A stretch of DNA of 64,000 nt from Camelus ferus (taxonomy: Eukaryota): NCBI RefSeq assembly GCF_009834535.1, contig NC_045711.1:28706001-28770000 (forward strand), read 5' to 3'. Below the pieces are notes generated by a model. That model was not told the DNA's origin. It saw only the letters and a list, made by a program, of their open reading frames with translations, and ran no database searches. Positions 36,646 to 49,764 of the stretch are shown here, one piece after another. Both the position numbers and the translations under genes were made by a program. How positions within the stretch are numbered: the first letter of the stretch is position 1; each line of letters opens with the position of its first letter.

Positions 36646-37459
36646 AAACACACACATAATCCATACACAGAGCCACACCCATACACACCCTGGGCCATAG
36701 ACCAAAGAAAATGCTGAGCATTCCAATATATTTATTTCTGAAGAGAAATATGTGTGTCGAGAAGTTACTGCATCCTTAGAAAACCTGACATTTCATAACA
36801 CTTCTATGTCTTTTTTCCAATAATGAGATTTTGCAGCTGAATGATTTGTTGCTAACCAACTCTTCGGAGAGCCTTGTATGTGGGTTCCTGAGGACATTTA
36901 AAGCTTTGGTCCCCCACAGCGGCTGCTCTGTACTGGTCCTCAGACCTTCTCATTTCAAATGAACAGAACAGGGGAGCATAAAAGATGAGCAGGGGCTCTC
37001 CATCGTCACTATGACAAGAAAGACCTTTAAGGAAGGAGTTCTGCAAAGTTTCATGTATTGAGTCTGAGGCAATGATGGAATCTTCCAAAGTCTACTGATT
37101 TTCAAGCTGTGCTCCGCGTACAATCAGGAAGCAGGGTCTGAAAGGGTCTGAAAGTGTGTGTGTGTGTGTGTGCACGCGCATGTATGGGGATGGAAGATTC
37201 ATAATAACTATGAAGACATTTAACGCAGACTTCTAAAATTGCCAACCCAGAAATCGTAACCTTTGGGTGTGACTGGTCACAGCACACGAGACCCATGAAG
37301 TCTGACCGAGCGGTTCCCCAGCTGTTTGAATCCCACTGCATTCTGACTGTCACAATGGCGTTTAGCATTTGCTGGAGTGATTACTAAATATTTATACAGA
37401 TGATTCAATGGCTAATTCAGTAATAGATGATTCACTCCCATTCAGCAGAGCAAAGTACT

Positions 37460-37720
37460 TACTAGTTTCGTCTCTAGAGTGAAGAGACAGACGCCCTTGC
37501 AATGCGGCTTAGCCCTACACTCAAGCTGATTACAGGTAAGACATTGAAAGAATTTTACTCTCACAATTTCCCTATCTGTAAAGTGGGGATAACAAAAACA
37601 GCTGGTTCCTGAGGTTATTGTAAGGATTAAATGCGATAAAGGATGTAAAGTACTTAGCAATGATCAATACATGTTAACCAGTATTTTGTACGTCATTTAC
37701 AACACCAACATCATCATCCT
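37460..37720 (+). mobile_element. MIR SINE
   Basis: tttccctatctgtaaagtggggataac...gaggttattgtaaggattaaatgcgataaaggatgtaaagtacttagca. Confidence 0.8.
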
Positions 37721-37841
37721 TACTACCATTTGATGCAAACACTCAATTTAATTCATGTACCTCTCTGATTGCAAATAAATCTCCTTATATTGAGATCTGG
37801 TTCCTTGCGTTTTCTTCTCATTAATTATAATTTAGCCCCCC

Positions 37842-37941
37842 AAGAAAGAAAGAAAGAAAGAAAGAAAGAGAGAAAGAAAGAAAGAAAGAGGGAGGGGGAG
37901 GAGGAAGAAAGGAAGGGAAAAGGGAAAAAGGAAGAGAGAAA
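37842..37941. repeat. (GAAA)n microsatellite grading into a polypurine tract
   Basis: Direct observation; essentially pyrimidine-free on the + strand. Confidence 0.95.
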
Positions 37942-38038
37942 GCAAGCTATTTTTTTACAGTTAAATTCAGTTATTAATATGTTGCCAGTACAACTTCTCT
38001 CTTTCTGCTCTGTTCCCAGACAGTCCCCACACTTACAC

Positions 38039-38108
38039 AGAGAGGGAGAGAGAGAGAAGAGAGGGGAAGGAGAAAGAGACAGAGAAGGGGTGGGGGGGGG
38101 GAGGGAGA
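38039..38108. repeat. GA-rich low-complexity tract ending in a G run
   Basis: agagggagagagagagaagagaggggaaggagaaagagacagagaaggggtgggggggggagg. Confidence 0.85.
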
Positions 38109-39912
38109 CCTAGCCTATTATTCTGTTATACTGGCTACATGACCATATTCTTCAAACCTTTTTTAACTGGTATGATCCCTTCCCTATTTTGTTCACTGTC
38201 TTCTGATGGTGCTACAATTCTTTCGCATCTCTTTAAGGGAAAGTTACCCCCGTATGGAAACAATATTTCCAGATGTTCCAAAGTGTTTAAAAAAATACTT
38301 ATGGAAGGTGGCAAAGATCCTAATAAGAGAATACTTTATTGTAAACCCTGGTCCTTGTTTGCCTATCCATAGAAGTGTTTTTTTCCCTCATCTATTCTGT
38401 GTGTGTGTTTAATTTAAATTATTAAACTTATTTGCCATGAAAGTTTAACAGGAACTGATACAAGGGTTTTGTTTTTTGTTTGTTTGCAGGGAGGTTAATG
38501 TTAGAGGTTAGCGCTCTCAAGATGGAAAGGTCTTGAAATGCACATGCAGATAGACAAACGGCTAGGTGGACGAATCGTGTGAGTGCGCTGCGTTGATGGA
38601 TTTGCGTATGTGTTTAAACTCAAGAGGAACAGCAGTTTCTGAGCAAGTTTTTGGGTACACTTTAGTGGTCAGAAACATTCCCAGAATGATGTGGAGGAAG
38701 TTTAAGAAAAACTTTAATTTTTGTTACTTAAGGTAACAAATTTTGCTTTTCATGTCAAAAGTCATTTTAATTTATTACAATACAGAACATTTTGGAGATA
38801 CGAAATTAGGTGGTGTTAAACTATCAGATTCCCATATACAAGAGAAACGGTATAATGTAATACTTCCTGAGGGCTCTCACACTTAATAATTATTGCTCGG
38901 TTAAACAACAAAATTTAAAGCAGTATTTATAATATAATCTAATTTTGTTTAAAATTATTATCAATAATTACATGATAAATATACACGGGTATAAACATAT
39001 GTGTAGTATTCAAAATGAGAGCAGAATATCAGACAATTAGCTACAATTGTCTTTGAGAAGCTGTTCAGAGAGGACTCTGTGCATTATTTCTCTATAATGT
39101 TTGAATAGTAAGTGTGTAGTACATGTATTGCTTTTGAAATGATTACTTTTCTAATCAGAAGAAAAATACAAAGCTACAACATGAAACACATGATCCGTCT
39201 ACATTTCTAAAGCAACGATTCTTTTTTTTTTTCATTTAATAAAATATTCATCAAAGGAGTAGTAACCTAAATGCTAAAACAGAGTATTACTGATGAGCCA
39301 AACCTATTAACCACTAAGCTAGAAATACTCCCGTAAGGTCACTGACCGTGGAATGGTGACAGCGCACCAGAAAAAAAAAAATTATGTGTCCAAAAAGATC
39401 ATGGTTTATGCACAGTCTACACCTTTTGAAACATGTTTAACCATCTCAAAGCCAACTTGTCCACCCCCAAGCCACGGACTTTCAACTGCTGAGCGCGGCC
39501 CCAGGAAATATCCCAGGTAACCGTAAGCTATAGGAACACCTGGTCTCCAAGCAACTCGAGCTCCATTTAGCTCGTGGCTTCATAAAGCTTAATGAGCACT
39601 GGCTGTCTCCTCCACCTGGGGAGACACAGGGTTCGGTGGGGACAGGCTGTTCTGGTTTCACAGTATGTGAATGAAGGGATTGTAAAGCTCTGGGACTCAG
39701 CAGTGGACACTGCCGTTCAAAGGAAACTTCTAGTTCCTGCCCTCTAGGCTACATGGTTTAATGCACAATAAGTGGATGGATCCCCTACTAACGAATTAAT
39801 CTCCAAATTCATCTCCGCAAACCACCTCAATCCTCTTCTACAGACGCTCAGATTTTTCTATTAAAACAGCCAGGTCATAGTCATACTTTCAAGTACCACT
39901 CATAAAAGACTG

Positions 39913-40064
39913 TTACCATACAGTTGACCCAGCCAGATGGCGACTCCAGCTTTTGCGGTGAGTGTGCTGTAGTGTGTGTAAAAGTACACACAGTAACGTG
40001 GTGCGTGTGAAACTTACATAATGTTATAACCAGTGTTATTGCAATTAAAAAAAAAAAAAAAAAA
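39913..40064 (+). mobile_element. L1 3' tail of a different (L1MA-like) subfamily
   Basis: gatggcgactccagcttttgcggtgag...gaaacttacataatgttataaccagtgttattgcaatt then poly(A); TSD aaaagactg at 39904-39912 and 40061-40069. Confidence 0.75.
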
Positions 40065-41279
40065 GACTGACTGTGGATTAACGGCCTTTTCACCACACCA
40101 AAACACGTTTTGCTCAGTGGCTGCAGCTCTTTTCAAAATCTGTTCCCTGTTTATAACTTCCCTGAGTTTGCTCCGTTCCACGGTGCCTTGTCTTTCTTCC
40201 TCGTTACAAATCCCCTGTGACTCTGCGCCTCTGCTGGTTGAATAGGAGTCCGCAGCTCTGACAAATAATTTGATGTTCTGATTGTGAAACTAAGGGCTTC
40301 TGACAGAGGTGGGGTGTTAAGAGCATTTCACTGATGACGTTCTAAGTCTTTTGTTTCCTTCCAATAATGTTAACTCGTTCATTGTCATAAAGTATGGCAA
40401 ATGCCTACACTTTTCGTGTGAACATAAAATTATTCATAGCCCGATCACCAAGAGATGAGTGCCAGAAACATTTTGATATAGTTTTGAAAGAATTTCATAC
40501 GCACACAGAGATACCCTGTGTTTGATATGCTTATCATAGCACTCACTCAGATCCATGTTCTCTTTTTACTCACGTGAAAAATTGTGAGGGCATTTGAATC
40601 GTGTTTCTGCACCAAACTACAGAGTCTAAGACAGGTGAAATCCTTCTCTAAACACAGTTGTTTTGTAAGAGACAAGGAGGAGGCTGGAATAGGAACCTGA
40701 CTTGTAGGTCTGCCCTATAACTCTTCTTGGAAGCCAGGCCCTGTGGTTTTAAATTTGAAAAGAGATGAAGAGGAACTAGATAACCTGACAATACTGATGC
40801 TAATCTAAGGAAGAACAATGACTTGGAAGATGAGGTACCGGATGAGAGCACTGTATCTACACAACCACGTTTTGCAAAGTGAAAAATTCCTTGTGTGTTG
40901 TTCTATCTGCTAAAGATACAGTGTTTCTATTGCATGTGACTTGTTACAAAAAAATCTCATTCAGTCAACCCAGTTTTAAATGCATAGATGCGCTAAGGTT
41001 GTATTCTATTAACTGTTGAAGGACTTCAAACACTGTCAGGATTTTAGTCGTTAGAACTTGAGATCTTCAGAGGATATAAAACATAAAAATCAAGCCACAA
41101 ATGCGACAGGCATTAGAAAGCAAACACGCTATGCCTGAGTGGGCCTGCATCTTACGGAAAACAAGAGGGAAGCCGCAGATTTCTGTATTTAAGCGTACTG
41201 ATATGCTGGTTATTTTAATTCACAGGATCTGCATATGGTTTGGGTTGAGTGAGAAGGTAGAATATGGTGATTTTGTTTT

Positions 41280-41779
41280 TTTAAAAAATTTTTTTTAATT
41301 GAAGTACAGTCAGTTTACAATGCTGTGTTAATTTCTGGTGCACAGCATGGTGCTTCAGTTACACATATATACATACTCTTTTTCATGTATTTTCATTACA
41401 GGTTATTACAAGATATGGAATATAGTTCCCTGTGCTAGACAGGAGGACCTTGTTGTTTATCTGTCTTATATATAGTAGTTTGTATCTGCAAATCCCAAAC
41501 TCCACATTTACCCCTCCCACCCTCTTCCCCTGGTAACTATAAGTCTGTTTCCTATGTCTGAGTCTATTTCTATTTTGTAAATAAGTTCATTTTTCTCATT
41601 TTCTTTAGATTCCACACGTAAGTGATCTCATCTGGTATTTTTCTTTCTCTTTCTGGTTTACATCACTTAGCATGACCCTCTCCAGGTCCATCCATGTTGC
41701 TGCAAATGGCATTATTTTATCGTTTTTCTTATGGCTGAGTAGTATTCCACTGTGTGTGTCTATATCACAACTTCTTTAG
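41280..41779 (-). mobile_element. L1 3' ~0.5 kb
   Basis: ttttaattgaagtacagtcagtttacaatg...ccatccatgttgctgcaaatggcattatt...gagtagtattccactgtgtgtg. Confidence 0.92.
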
Positions 41780-41795
41780 TGGTGCTTCTGTTTTA

Positions 41796-41864
41796 TTTAT
41801 TTATTTGTTTTTTATGTAAACTTTTTTTTTATTGCGTTATAGTCATTTTACAATGTTGTATCAA
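41796..41864 (-). mobile_element. Tiny L1 tail resembling the young L1 at 53.8-55.8 kb
   Basis: ttttattgcgttatagtcattttacaatgttgtatcaa matches the reverse complement of gacacaacattgtaaaatgattataaatcaataaaaa (55760-55797). Confidence 0.75.
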
Positions 41865-42699
41865 CGGTGCTTGTTTTAAATTGAAAATGCCTGACTCCTA
41901 GATAATAGCCCTTTCTCCTCTTACGTTAGCTTCTTTACGGGGAAAATAGGATGTTAACAAATTAATTTTTTATTTCAACAGATAGACGTTTATGCTCAGA
42001 GGTCAAGGAGGGTCTGTTTGCTACCAGATTAGACATTGTAATAATCACGATTATTTCTCTAGATTCTCAGATACAGTATTTAAAATATGATGGTCCAGGA
42101 GAAGGGATTGATACTTTAATATGTAGTTGTTTATATAAATAGATATAATCCTTATTTAAAGTCTCAGAAATAAGTCACGAGTCACGCCCGTGTGCTCAGA
42201 ACACCAGCGACGGACGTCCTGAGAAGTGTGGGTAGGACTGCGGACGAGTTGGCAGGACACAGGTTTCTCTGTCACCCTTTGGGGGAGCATTCCAAGTTCT
42301 TCTAACACTTCTTAGCATCTCTTCAAGTTAAATAAAAAGCACACGTAGGGTTGTTTCTCAGGGGAGACCAGTACTTGGGGTAGTGTGAATTAGAAACTGC
42401 TGGATTTGTGCAACCGGATTGGAAATTTCACAATCAGCTTTATGTCTTCACAAACTTGTAAGTCCTTCTTGTTTCTAGGAAGGGAAGAGGTGGACTTCCT
42501 TGGCACATTTTGGCACTTCCAGCAAAAGACAGAATCAGAAAGTGTAACTGAATATGCAAACAAGGGTAAAACAGAGGGTGACATTTCTGATCACGGACAC
42601 AGTTTCTTCCGGGGGACTAAGTAGACGCTTGAGAAAGTTCTGACTCTTCTGTGATCCCAGGAATTCAGTATCTGCCTTAGAATACAAATATTAAAATGC

Positions 42700-42955
42700 T
42701 ATGATACCCATCGAATATGAAACACCGAGAATGAGCCATGTAGGCTGCGGGCCTCGAGTGATTACAACGTGTCAATGAGGGTTTGTCAGTTCTACGCAAT
42801 GGACCACTCTGCTGGGGGAAGCTGATGTGGGGGAGGCTCTGTATGTATGAGCAGGGCGTGTATGGGAAATTTCTGTCCCTACCTACCTCTTAGTTTGGCT
42901 GTGAACTTAAGCTAAAACTACCCTAAAGAAAAAAAATAGTGTTTGGAAAAAAACA
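42700..42955 (+). mobile_element. L1MC/MD-type 3' end
   Basis: acccatcgaatatgaaacaccgagaatg...accactctgctgggggaagctgatg...gtatgggaaatttctgt...gctgtgaacttaag. Confidence 0.8.
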
Positions 42956-43857
42956 TACAAGAATGATTCTCATGGAGAATTTGACTCTGCTGAAGACAGG
43001 CTCATATTAGGCTTAAAGAAAATTCCTCCTCTGAGAAATAAAACACTCAATATTATAGATACTGCTGAAAATACACATCTTTCACAAATAAAATAATAAC
43101 ATGATGATGAATGTGAGATAAAGAACATACAATTTAAGGACACTTTTTTGACTGCAGGGTCCTGCCATCCAATTGCGCAACACACAAGCTACTTTACTGC
43201 TACGTTAGTTCTGACGGCACGCGAGTTTGCTCCACACTGAAATTTCTTTCTCCCCCCTCCCAGTTTATAACTTAAACTCCTGGTAAAATACCTCTTATAA
43301 AACTCCACTCTTTTATCTTTGATGTTGTAACTTTTGGCTGGGAGGAATCAGGAAATGACCCCGACGCTGCTGGAGAGAATGCACCCATGATAACCAAAAC
43401 CTTCCTGCTCAGGGACCCAAGAAAGTCATTTTAAAAAAGCCTAAAAGTACTTCATCCGAACAGCGCAGCTCTTAAGTAATAAAGTCTTCAAATTGTGTTT
43501 ATTCTACCAGCGTTGCCCTCTCCCATTTTCTTAGGATATAATTTCCTTTGGTTCTGCATGAAGTTAGGAAAGAGAAGTTGCCACCAAAAATAAGAGTTTG
43601 TGTTTCTATAGCGTCTGTTTATGACAGTGTATATAAATAAAGAGCTTCCACCCCAGTATAGGACAAAGAAAAATACATATCTTTTTATGAGTTGGCTTTC
43701 TGAAAATGCAACTAAATGGAAGAACGTGGGGGTGGAGCCCAATATAAACACAATGTCGGAACAAAAAAGAACCACCTACAAAAGTCTTTCTTTAAAAAGC
43801 ACCTCTTCCTAAAGACGATGCATTGCCTGTCGGCTCACATACAGATTTACTACCTAC

Positions 43858-43906
43858 CCAAAGTGGCCTCCTCACAGGGACTTCTTGACGGGCGGATCTT
43901 TAAACC
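43858..43906 (-). other. Candidate 49-nt exon
   Basis: Acceptor gctcgcttttcttttttaacctcag|GGTTT and donor TGG|GTAGGT; unique sequence. Confidence 0.35.
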
Positions 43907-44239
43907 CTGAGGTTAAAAAAGAAAAGCGAGCTATGATTCTTAGATATCCGTTGCCATTCTAAATATTTAACAGAAGTCGGGTGTGGTGGGGACGTGCAAT
44001 TTGATTCCCAAGACTTGCATCTTGGATCCAACTTATCGGAGAATGATTTTGAGAATCAACATTCAGAGACAGACAGGATTAATCCCTAAGCAGCTCAGCT
44101 GTTCAGAGGTGCATCCATCAGTCAGTCATTCTGTGCCTTTACTGATATGAGCATCTTAAGATGGATATCGTTTCTGTTCTTCATACGTATGTATAATTTA
44201 TATATCATAGACGTATATGTGTGGGTGGATGTGTATATG

Positions 44240-44452
44240 TGCACAGCAATATTTTTACTGCATGAGACTGCAAATTGGATGGGGTGCTTTTTCATCTGCA
44301 GGCTCCCCAGCACACTGCAGGAGTGGAGCATCCCTGGATCTCTGGTATTACATATTAGACTTAGCCTCCGGTTACAGCGAAATCCAAAACCACCGACACA
44401 GATTCCCAGACACTCCCCCTGGAGAGTGGTACTGCCCTGGTTGAGAATCACT
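44240..44452 (-). mobile_element. MER20B-like hAT MITE
   Basis: Reverse complement agtgattctcaaccagggcagtaccactctccaggggg...ccagggatgctccactcctgcagtgtgc. Confidence 0.7.
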
Positions 44453-45009
44453 TCATGAACAAGCTGATCGGCAGGTCAGGGGCTCTTCCCTCTTGAGGTC
44501 CAGGAAACCCCAGGCAGCTTCACTGGTTAGATCGCTGTACCTGTGCCAAGGGCTTTTTGCTGGGAGCTCCTCCCACCCTCAGGTGTGGGCTTGGCAAGAA
44601 GCCTTCTTCCAGCTCCCCAATTTAAGGATGTTTGCTTTCACCGGTGCCTGGAGCTGCTCCACCCTCTGATTCGCTGACATCGATAAGTGAATGGAAGTAA
44701 ATACAGGGAATCGGAGCAAACCAAAACCAACTCTGGATTTTGTTCCAATTGTAAAGAACAAACATATCCCATACCTTCAGCTTACATAGATGACCCTTCA
44801 TTTTCAGGGTTTTGGGTTTGTTTTTTTTAATTTAATGAATAATTTTAAACATTTTAGAAATGTTAGATATGGCTTTCTCTACTTTATAGCTTTCAGGGAC
44901 TTTAATGTAGTTAAAAAAAAAAAAACAATGGTTTTCCCAAAGTACTCTGGGAAAGATAGACACAAAAAATATTATTAAATTAGGGTAATCAGACCCCTAC
45001 AATGGAACA

Positions 45010-45180
45010 GATACTGTGCTACGTGTTTTGAATAACTTTTTTCTTTTATATCCTCACACCATGCATGGTAGGTATTATTATTACCATGTTATAGATGAGA
45101 AAACTGAGCCAAAGAAAGTTTAAGAAACTTTCAGAAGCATTCATCAGATGTGTATCACTTTTAGAACGCGAGGCTCTAAA
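45010..45180 (-). mobile_element. MIR SINE
   Basis: tcctcacaccatgcatggtaggtattattattaccatgttatagatgagaaaactgagcc. Confidence 0.8.
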
Positions 45181-46305
45181 AGTTAATGTGTTTCAAACAT
45201 TGACACCAATACAAATGTTTATTCTGACACCAATTAAAGTGTAAATACATATCCTTCTACCTCATCCTCATGGAATCCAAAGATAGCCTCTTTGCTGAAA
45301 TTAAATAGGTTTCCGTTATTTTTAACGATGTGTTCAAAGAAGTGTGAAGGAGAAATTCTATCTGTTGGTTATTCTTGGAATTCTCGGGAGACCTAGGCTA
45401 CTCCCGTGTGCCCTGGGAGTTAAAGATAGAACACAGTGGACCGCTCCAGCCCAGATGTAGAGACACCCAGCCTGTCACATGGGCTCTGGATGTTTGGTAG
45501 AAAACCAAAAAAGAAACAAAGACTTCATCTATATGTGGCAAGGGTGTAACCTTGGAAATAAGGAAGGTAAGTGGCTGCCACTTGTCACTCTTCTGTTCTC
45601 CTCCCTACGTCCCTCCTTTCCTTTCTTCTCTCCTTGTTTCCATCACCCAAGGAATATTTACCAAGTGCCCGATGAATGCCGGGCTTTGTCAGTTTGCCCC
45701 GTGTCCCGGAGGCTGCTTACTCAGAACATGTTTTCACCTCCTCTGTCTGCCCTCTGCTTCGGGAATACGTCCTGAGTTTTTGTGTCTCTCTCCGGGCCTC
45801 ACTATCCTGGGTGCTTGGTCCCATGATCATTTTCGTTGTTGCTTTTTTTTTTTTTTTTCTTCACGACTCTGGTTTTGAATCAACAGCTGCAGAGAATTGC
45901 ATCTTTCCTTCTCCTCTCCAGCTGGCCTCCCTCAAGACATGTGTTGAAGTCTCTTGTTGGGATGTGAAGTCCTGGGAAGCGGTGACATCTTCTTAGATTG
46001 ACCCTGTCCCCACCTCTCTGATGCTCTGGGGCTGGAACTGGGGCCCTCTAGAATTGGATGGTGGTGTGGTCTTTCCCTGGGCCAGCTCATGCTCCTACAT
46101 TTTGGTTTTCCAAGAAAATGGTCCTTGGTCGGACTCTTTGATTTTGTTACTTTAAAAACAAAAACAAAAAACATCCACATGTCTTAAGACCCAAAGATAT
46201 AGTTTCTCTTCATGGTCTTCTTCAGAATAATCCAGATTTCATTGTGCTTGGCAAACCTTCATCACTGTCAGTGCCCCAGCTGTGGTCCTCATTCCACTGA
46301 AGAAA

Positions 46306-46312
46306 TTTCTTC

Positions 46313-46343
<31 letters not shown>

Positions 46344-46353
46344 TTTTTTTTTT
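46306..46353. repeat. (TTC)n followed by poly(T)
   Basis: Direct observation. Confidence 0.95.
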
Positions 46354-47249
46354 GGTTAATTTTGTTGTTTTGGGTGTTTTTGTGGAGGACTGCCAAATAA
46401 AAGTGCTTTTACTTACTCATCTATGTTCGAGGTACTGACTTAGGCAGATTAAATGGGGTTTGTCACTGCACTTACACGTCATGCACGGTAACCGTGGCTC
46501 AGCCTACTTACACACAGTGAAATAAACTTGGTAACTTAAATGCCAATTAATTAACGATGCTATGTCAAGCTGTATACAGCTATGCGAATTATGAGTCTCA
46601 AAGGATTTTAAGGGTTAAGTTAAAATATTTTTACTGCAAATTCAATAAACCTAGGTTTTAAAATATAGAAAAATATCATTTAAACTAAAAATAAAAACAT
46701 GTACAAAATAACTAATCACACATTTCCTAAATATATATATTAGTCTTTCAGTGATCAACATGGCAATTATTTTTAACTTTGTAGACTTTAACTTCATAAG
46801 AACAGATACACTCTTGGAATTATCACACATTTGACATCTAATTAGCCAGTGATTCAAAGTTTCTTTTGCTTGTGTCCTGCGATATTGTGTGATTTATTTG
46901 CTTCCTTGAGACTTTTAAATTGACTTCTGAAGTTTTCCTGAACCCCTTTTGATTTAAGCAAATGACTGACGGTTGTATAACTCAGAATATTAAAGCTGCC
47001 ATTGAATTTGAGAATCCGATACATGCACGTATGGGAAATAAAGAGTTAACATACAAGTGAGGCAATGCAGACATTTTTTCACGGAAGCCTACACCTTGTT
47101 GGGCAAAGAAAACACTAAGATCAGTGACTCACTACACGTTGTGAAAGAATAAACATGGACCAATATCCATCCAGATAAATTTCAAATAAGGGACTGTCAC
47201 CTCCCCCATTTCATGTAGTCCCACAAACAGCGGTCCTACACGACTCAAC

Positions 47250-47490
47250 GTAGTGATCAGTATTGATTGGACTCAGAAAGACCTGGGCTCGAATCCTGGC
47301 CCATCTAGTAACAATTTTTAATTTGGAGCAAGTTTCTTTAAATCTGAGTTTCTTTATGTGGAAATAATAGTGGTACCACAGTAATAGCGGTAACAAAGAG
47401 CCAGTTAAGGGTTAGATGGGGGTCACCTTGACTATTAAGTGCTCACAACCATGAGTGGCGCATAGCAAGGTGGCTTTCATTATCGTTGTT
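47250..47490 (+). mobile_element. MIR SINE
   Basis: ggactcagaaagacctgggctcgaatcctggccc...tctgagtttctttatgtggaaataatag...aagtgctcacaaccatgagtggcgcatag. Confidence 0.8.
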
Positions 47491-49764
47491 GGCGGCCATG
47501 TTGAAAAAATAAAAATAAAAATAAGCCACTTGACTAAATGCAGCCAAAGCAGAGGAGAAAACTCTCATTCCAATTACAAACCAACTCAGTAAATATATAT
47601 ATGTTTGTTTAAACCTCCATCCACCTGAGAGGTAACGTCACATTTTTGACATTGACATCACCAGCCAATTTACTGGCGTGGAAACAGTCTGAGAAATAAA
47701 GGCGAAGCAGGTCATTAAAATCCACGAAGATGATGATTTCTGATTCCTTTTTCATGATTTTTTAAAACTCAATGTCACCCAGACTCAAGCAGCCATCACA
47801 TAGCACATACAGAACTGCCAACGGTAATTTCCAGAACACAGCTTCATCTTTACTCTGTCATCAGCATTCATGTAGTCTTTGTTTTTTTTTTTCAAGGAAA
47901 GTGCCAAAATGATTCACTCCTCAGGGATTTTACTGCTTAAGAAAGAGAAAATTGTCAGAACTTCTGAAAATTCAGGAATAGGTAATTAACCATACTTTTT
48001 CAAGATCATGATGGCCTTTTCAAAAGTGGTGTTTTTAACAAAAATATTCACAGGTTTCAAAGATTGCCCAGAATTATCCTAAACAATTTATGCTTTCCTG
48101 TAATTCTTTTAAAGGAAGACCTAAAGTTAACAAGATTGCCAAATACTGGGTCGGTGGCCGAGAGAACTCACTTTCCTTTGCCATTAAAAATATTTATCCT
48201 TAGTTACTTACACTAAATCATTGTCTGGTTGATGAGAGGTGACGAAGGCTATTTAGTTAACTTCTATCTTTATCCTGAGATACAATGAATCGTGACACAC
48301 CAAGCAGTTTAGATCCTTCTGGTTTTATTAAAAGGGGCAAGGTCCTTACTCACTGAGCCTAAATGAATAACCCAAAGGATTTTTCCCCAGGAGTTTCTGG
48401 ATTAATATAGGTAGCTAATGAATTACTTTCAAGTTCTTAGGGTAAGTTGTTTACTGATTATGGATCCTGAATGATGCTGCACTTAGGTTTAGCAGAAATC
48501 ATGGTACCTTCGTTTAATCTGGAGAATTAATAAATCCCTCTTCCGTTTGCAGGTGGAAGACTATGTAACAATATGCGTGGTGCTTTTTCATCTAAGACTG
48601 TCACAGGGAAAGAGCTGTTGAGGATACAATGGAAAATTATACAGGTCTACATAGAACTAACGTTAGTGTGTGTCTGTGTGTGTGAATGCGTAAAATGTGC
48701 GTGCAGAGTGGAATGTTGGGGAGCCTAGGTGGTAATTCCTGGGAATAGTCAGACTCAAATGATTTCTAGATACTGATGAGCATCAGTTCCCAACTCAGTC
48801 CGGTGGTCATTTTTGACAAGATCTGAATAGAAGCGTTTGTTGGGTCAGGAAGACCCCTGGAAATACATGCCATTAATCTAAGATATTATTAAGGGCACAC
48901 TTTTAACTTTATTGCTGTAAGATTATATCATTGCAGCTGACTTTTAGAGTCTGAAGGTGACTTTTGCGGAAAGATTTTCCAGATTAATACAACCAGAGGG
49001 ATGAAAGATTATGACTGACTAAGCCTTATGTGGAAAAAAGAATTTCTAAAGTTATGTTCTCCTTTGAAGACCTCTAAGGAATTATTTTGATACATATCCC
49101 ATTCTGGAAGGCTCTTTGAGAGCCCCAGGGAGCACTTTATCTGCCGAGAAGTCCCAACTATTAAATGAAACATTCACGCAACCATCTCAATCCTTTTAGA
49201 CAAGGAATCTCAATCCTTTCCACAGCTTTTCAAGAAGCCATATTTTCCAGGGTTGGTTTGCTTGTTTGGTCATCCCACCCTTTATTCTTTATCTTCTTTA
49301 AACACTGAATTTTCAAACAGACTTCAACTTAAAATGGGCTAAGGAAGAAGAACTAGTTTGGGAGAATTATGCGGTTGATGAAGCTTTTCTTTGTCTCTCT
49401 TACTTTCAAGCAAACCCTCCCTCCCCCATCCCAACTATGATACCTTCTGCTTCTAAAGCGTTTGCTGATGATTACCACAAACCTCTGGGAATGTGAATTA
49501 TGCAGAAAAAATGGAAGTAGCAAGGAAGGGAATTACAGTCTTGCAGCTAGGCGGAAGTATCCAAGACATGGATTCTGCAGTGATGAGGAAGGGTTGTAGC
49601 CCAGTGAGATGTAAGTTTCTCAGGATCCTGAGTCAGCATCCATGCTAAGCATGGCAGATCAGTGGCACTGACCAGTTGGCCTGGAAGTTATTTCTTTATT
49701 GGCACATGGAATGTGGTAGATGAGAAGGAAATAATTACCTTCTTCTGTCCTTTTCCCCCCTAGG

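Noticed and set aside
42406-42624. ORF containing CKSFLFLGREEVDFLG, reminiscent of the Gypsy RT KC.F...EV.FLGH motif
   Set aside because: Single short motif with no flanking RT or RNase H motifs; consistent with chance.
49184-49219. 13-bp direct repeat atctcaatccttt, 23 nt apart
   Set aside because: Only two copies and no insert structure; a small local duplication, not an array.
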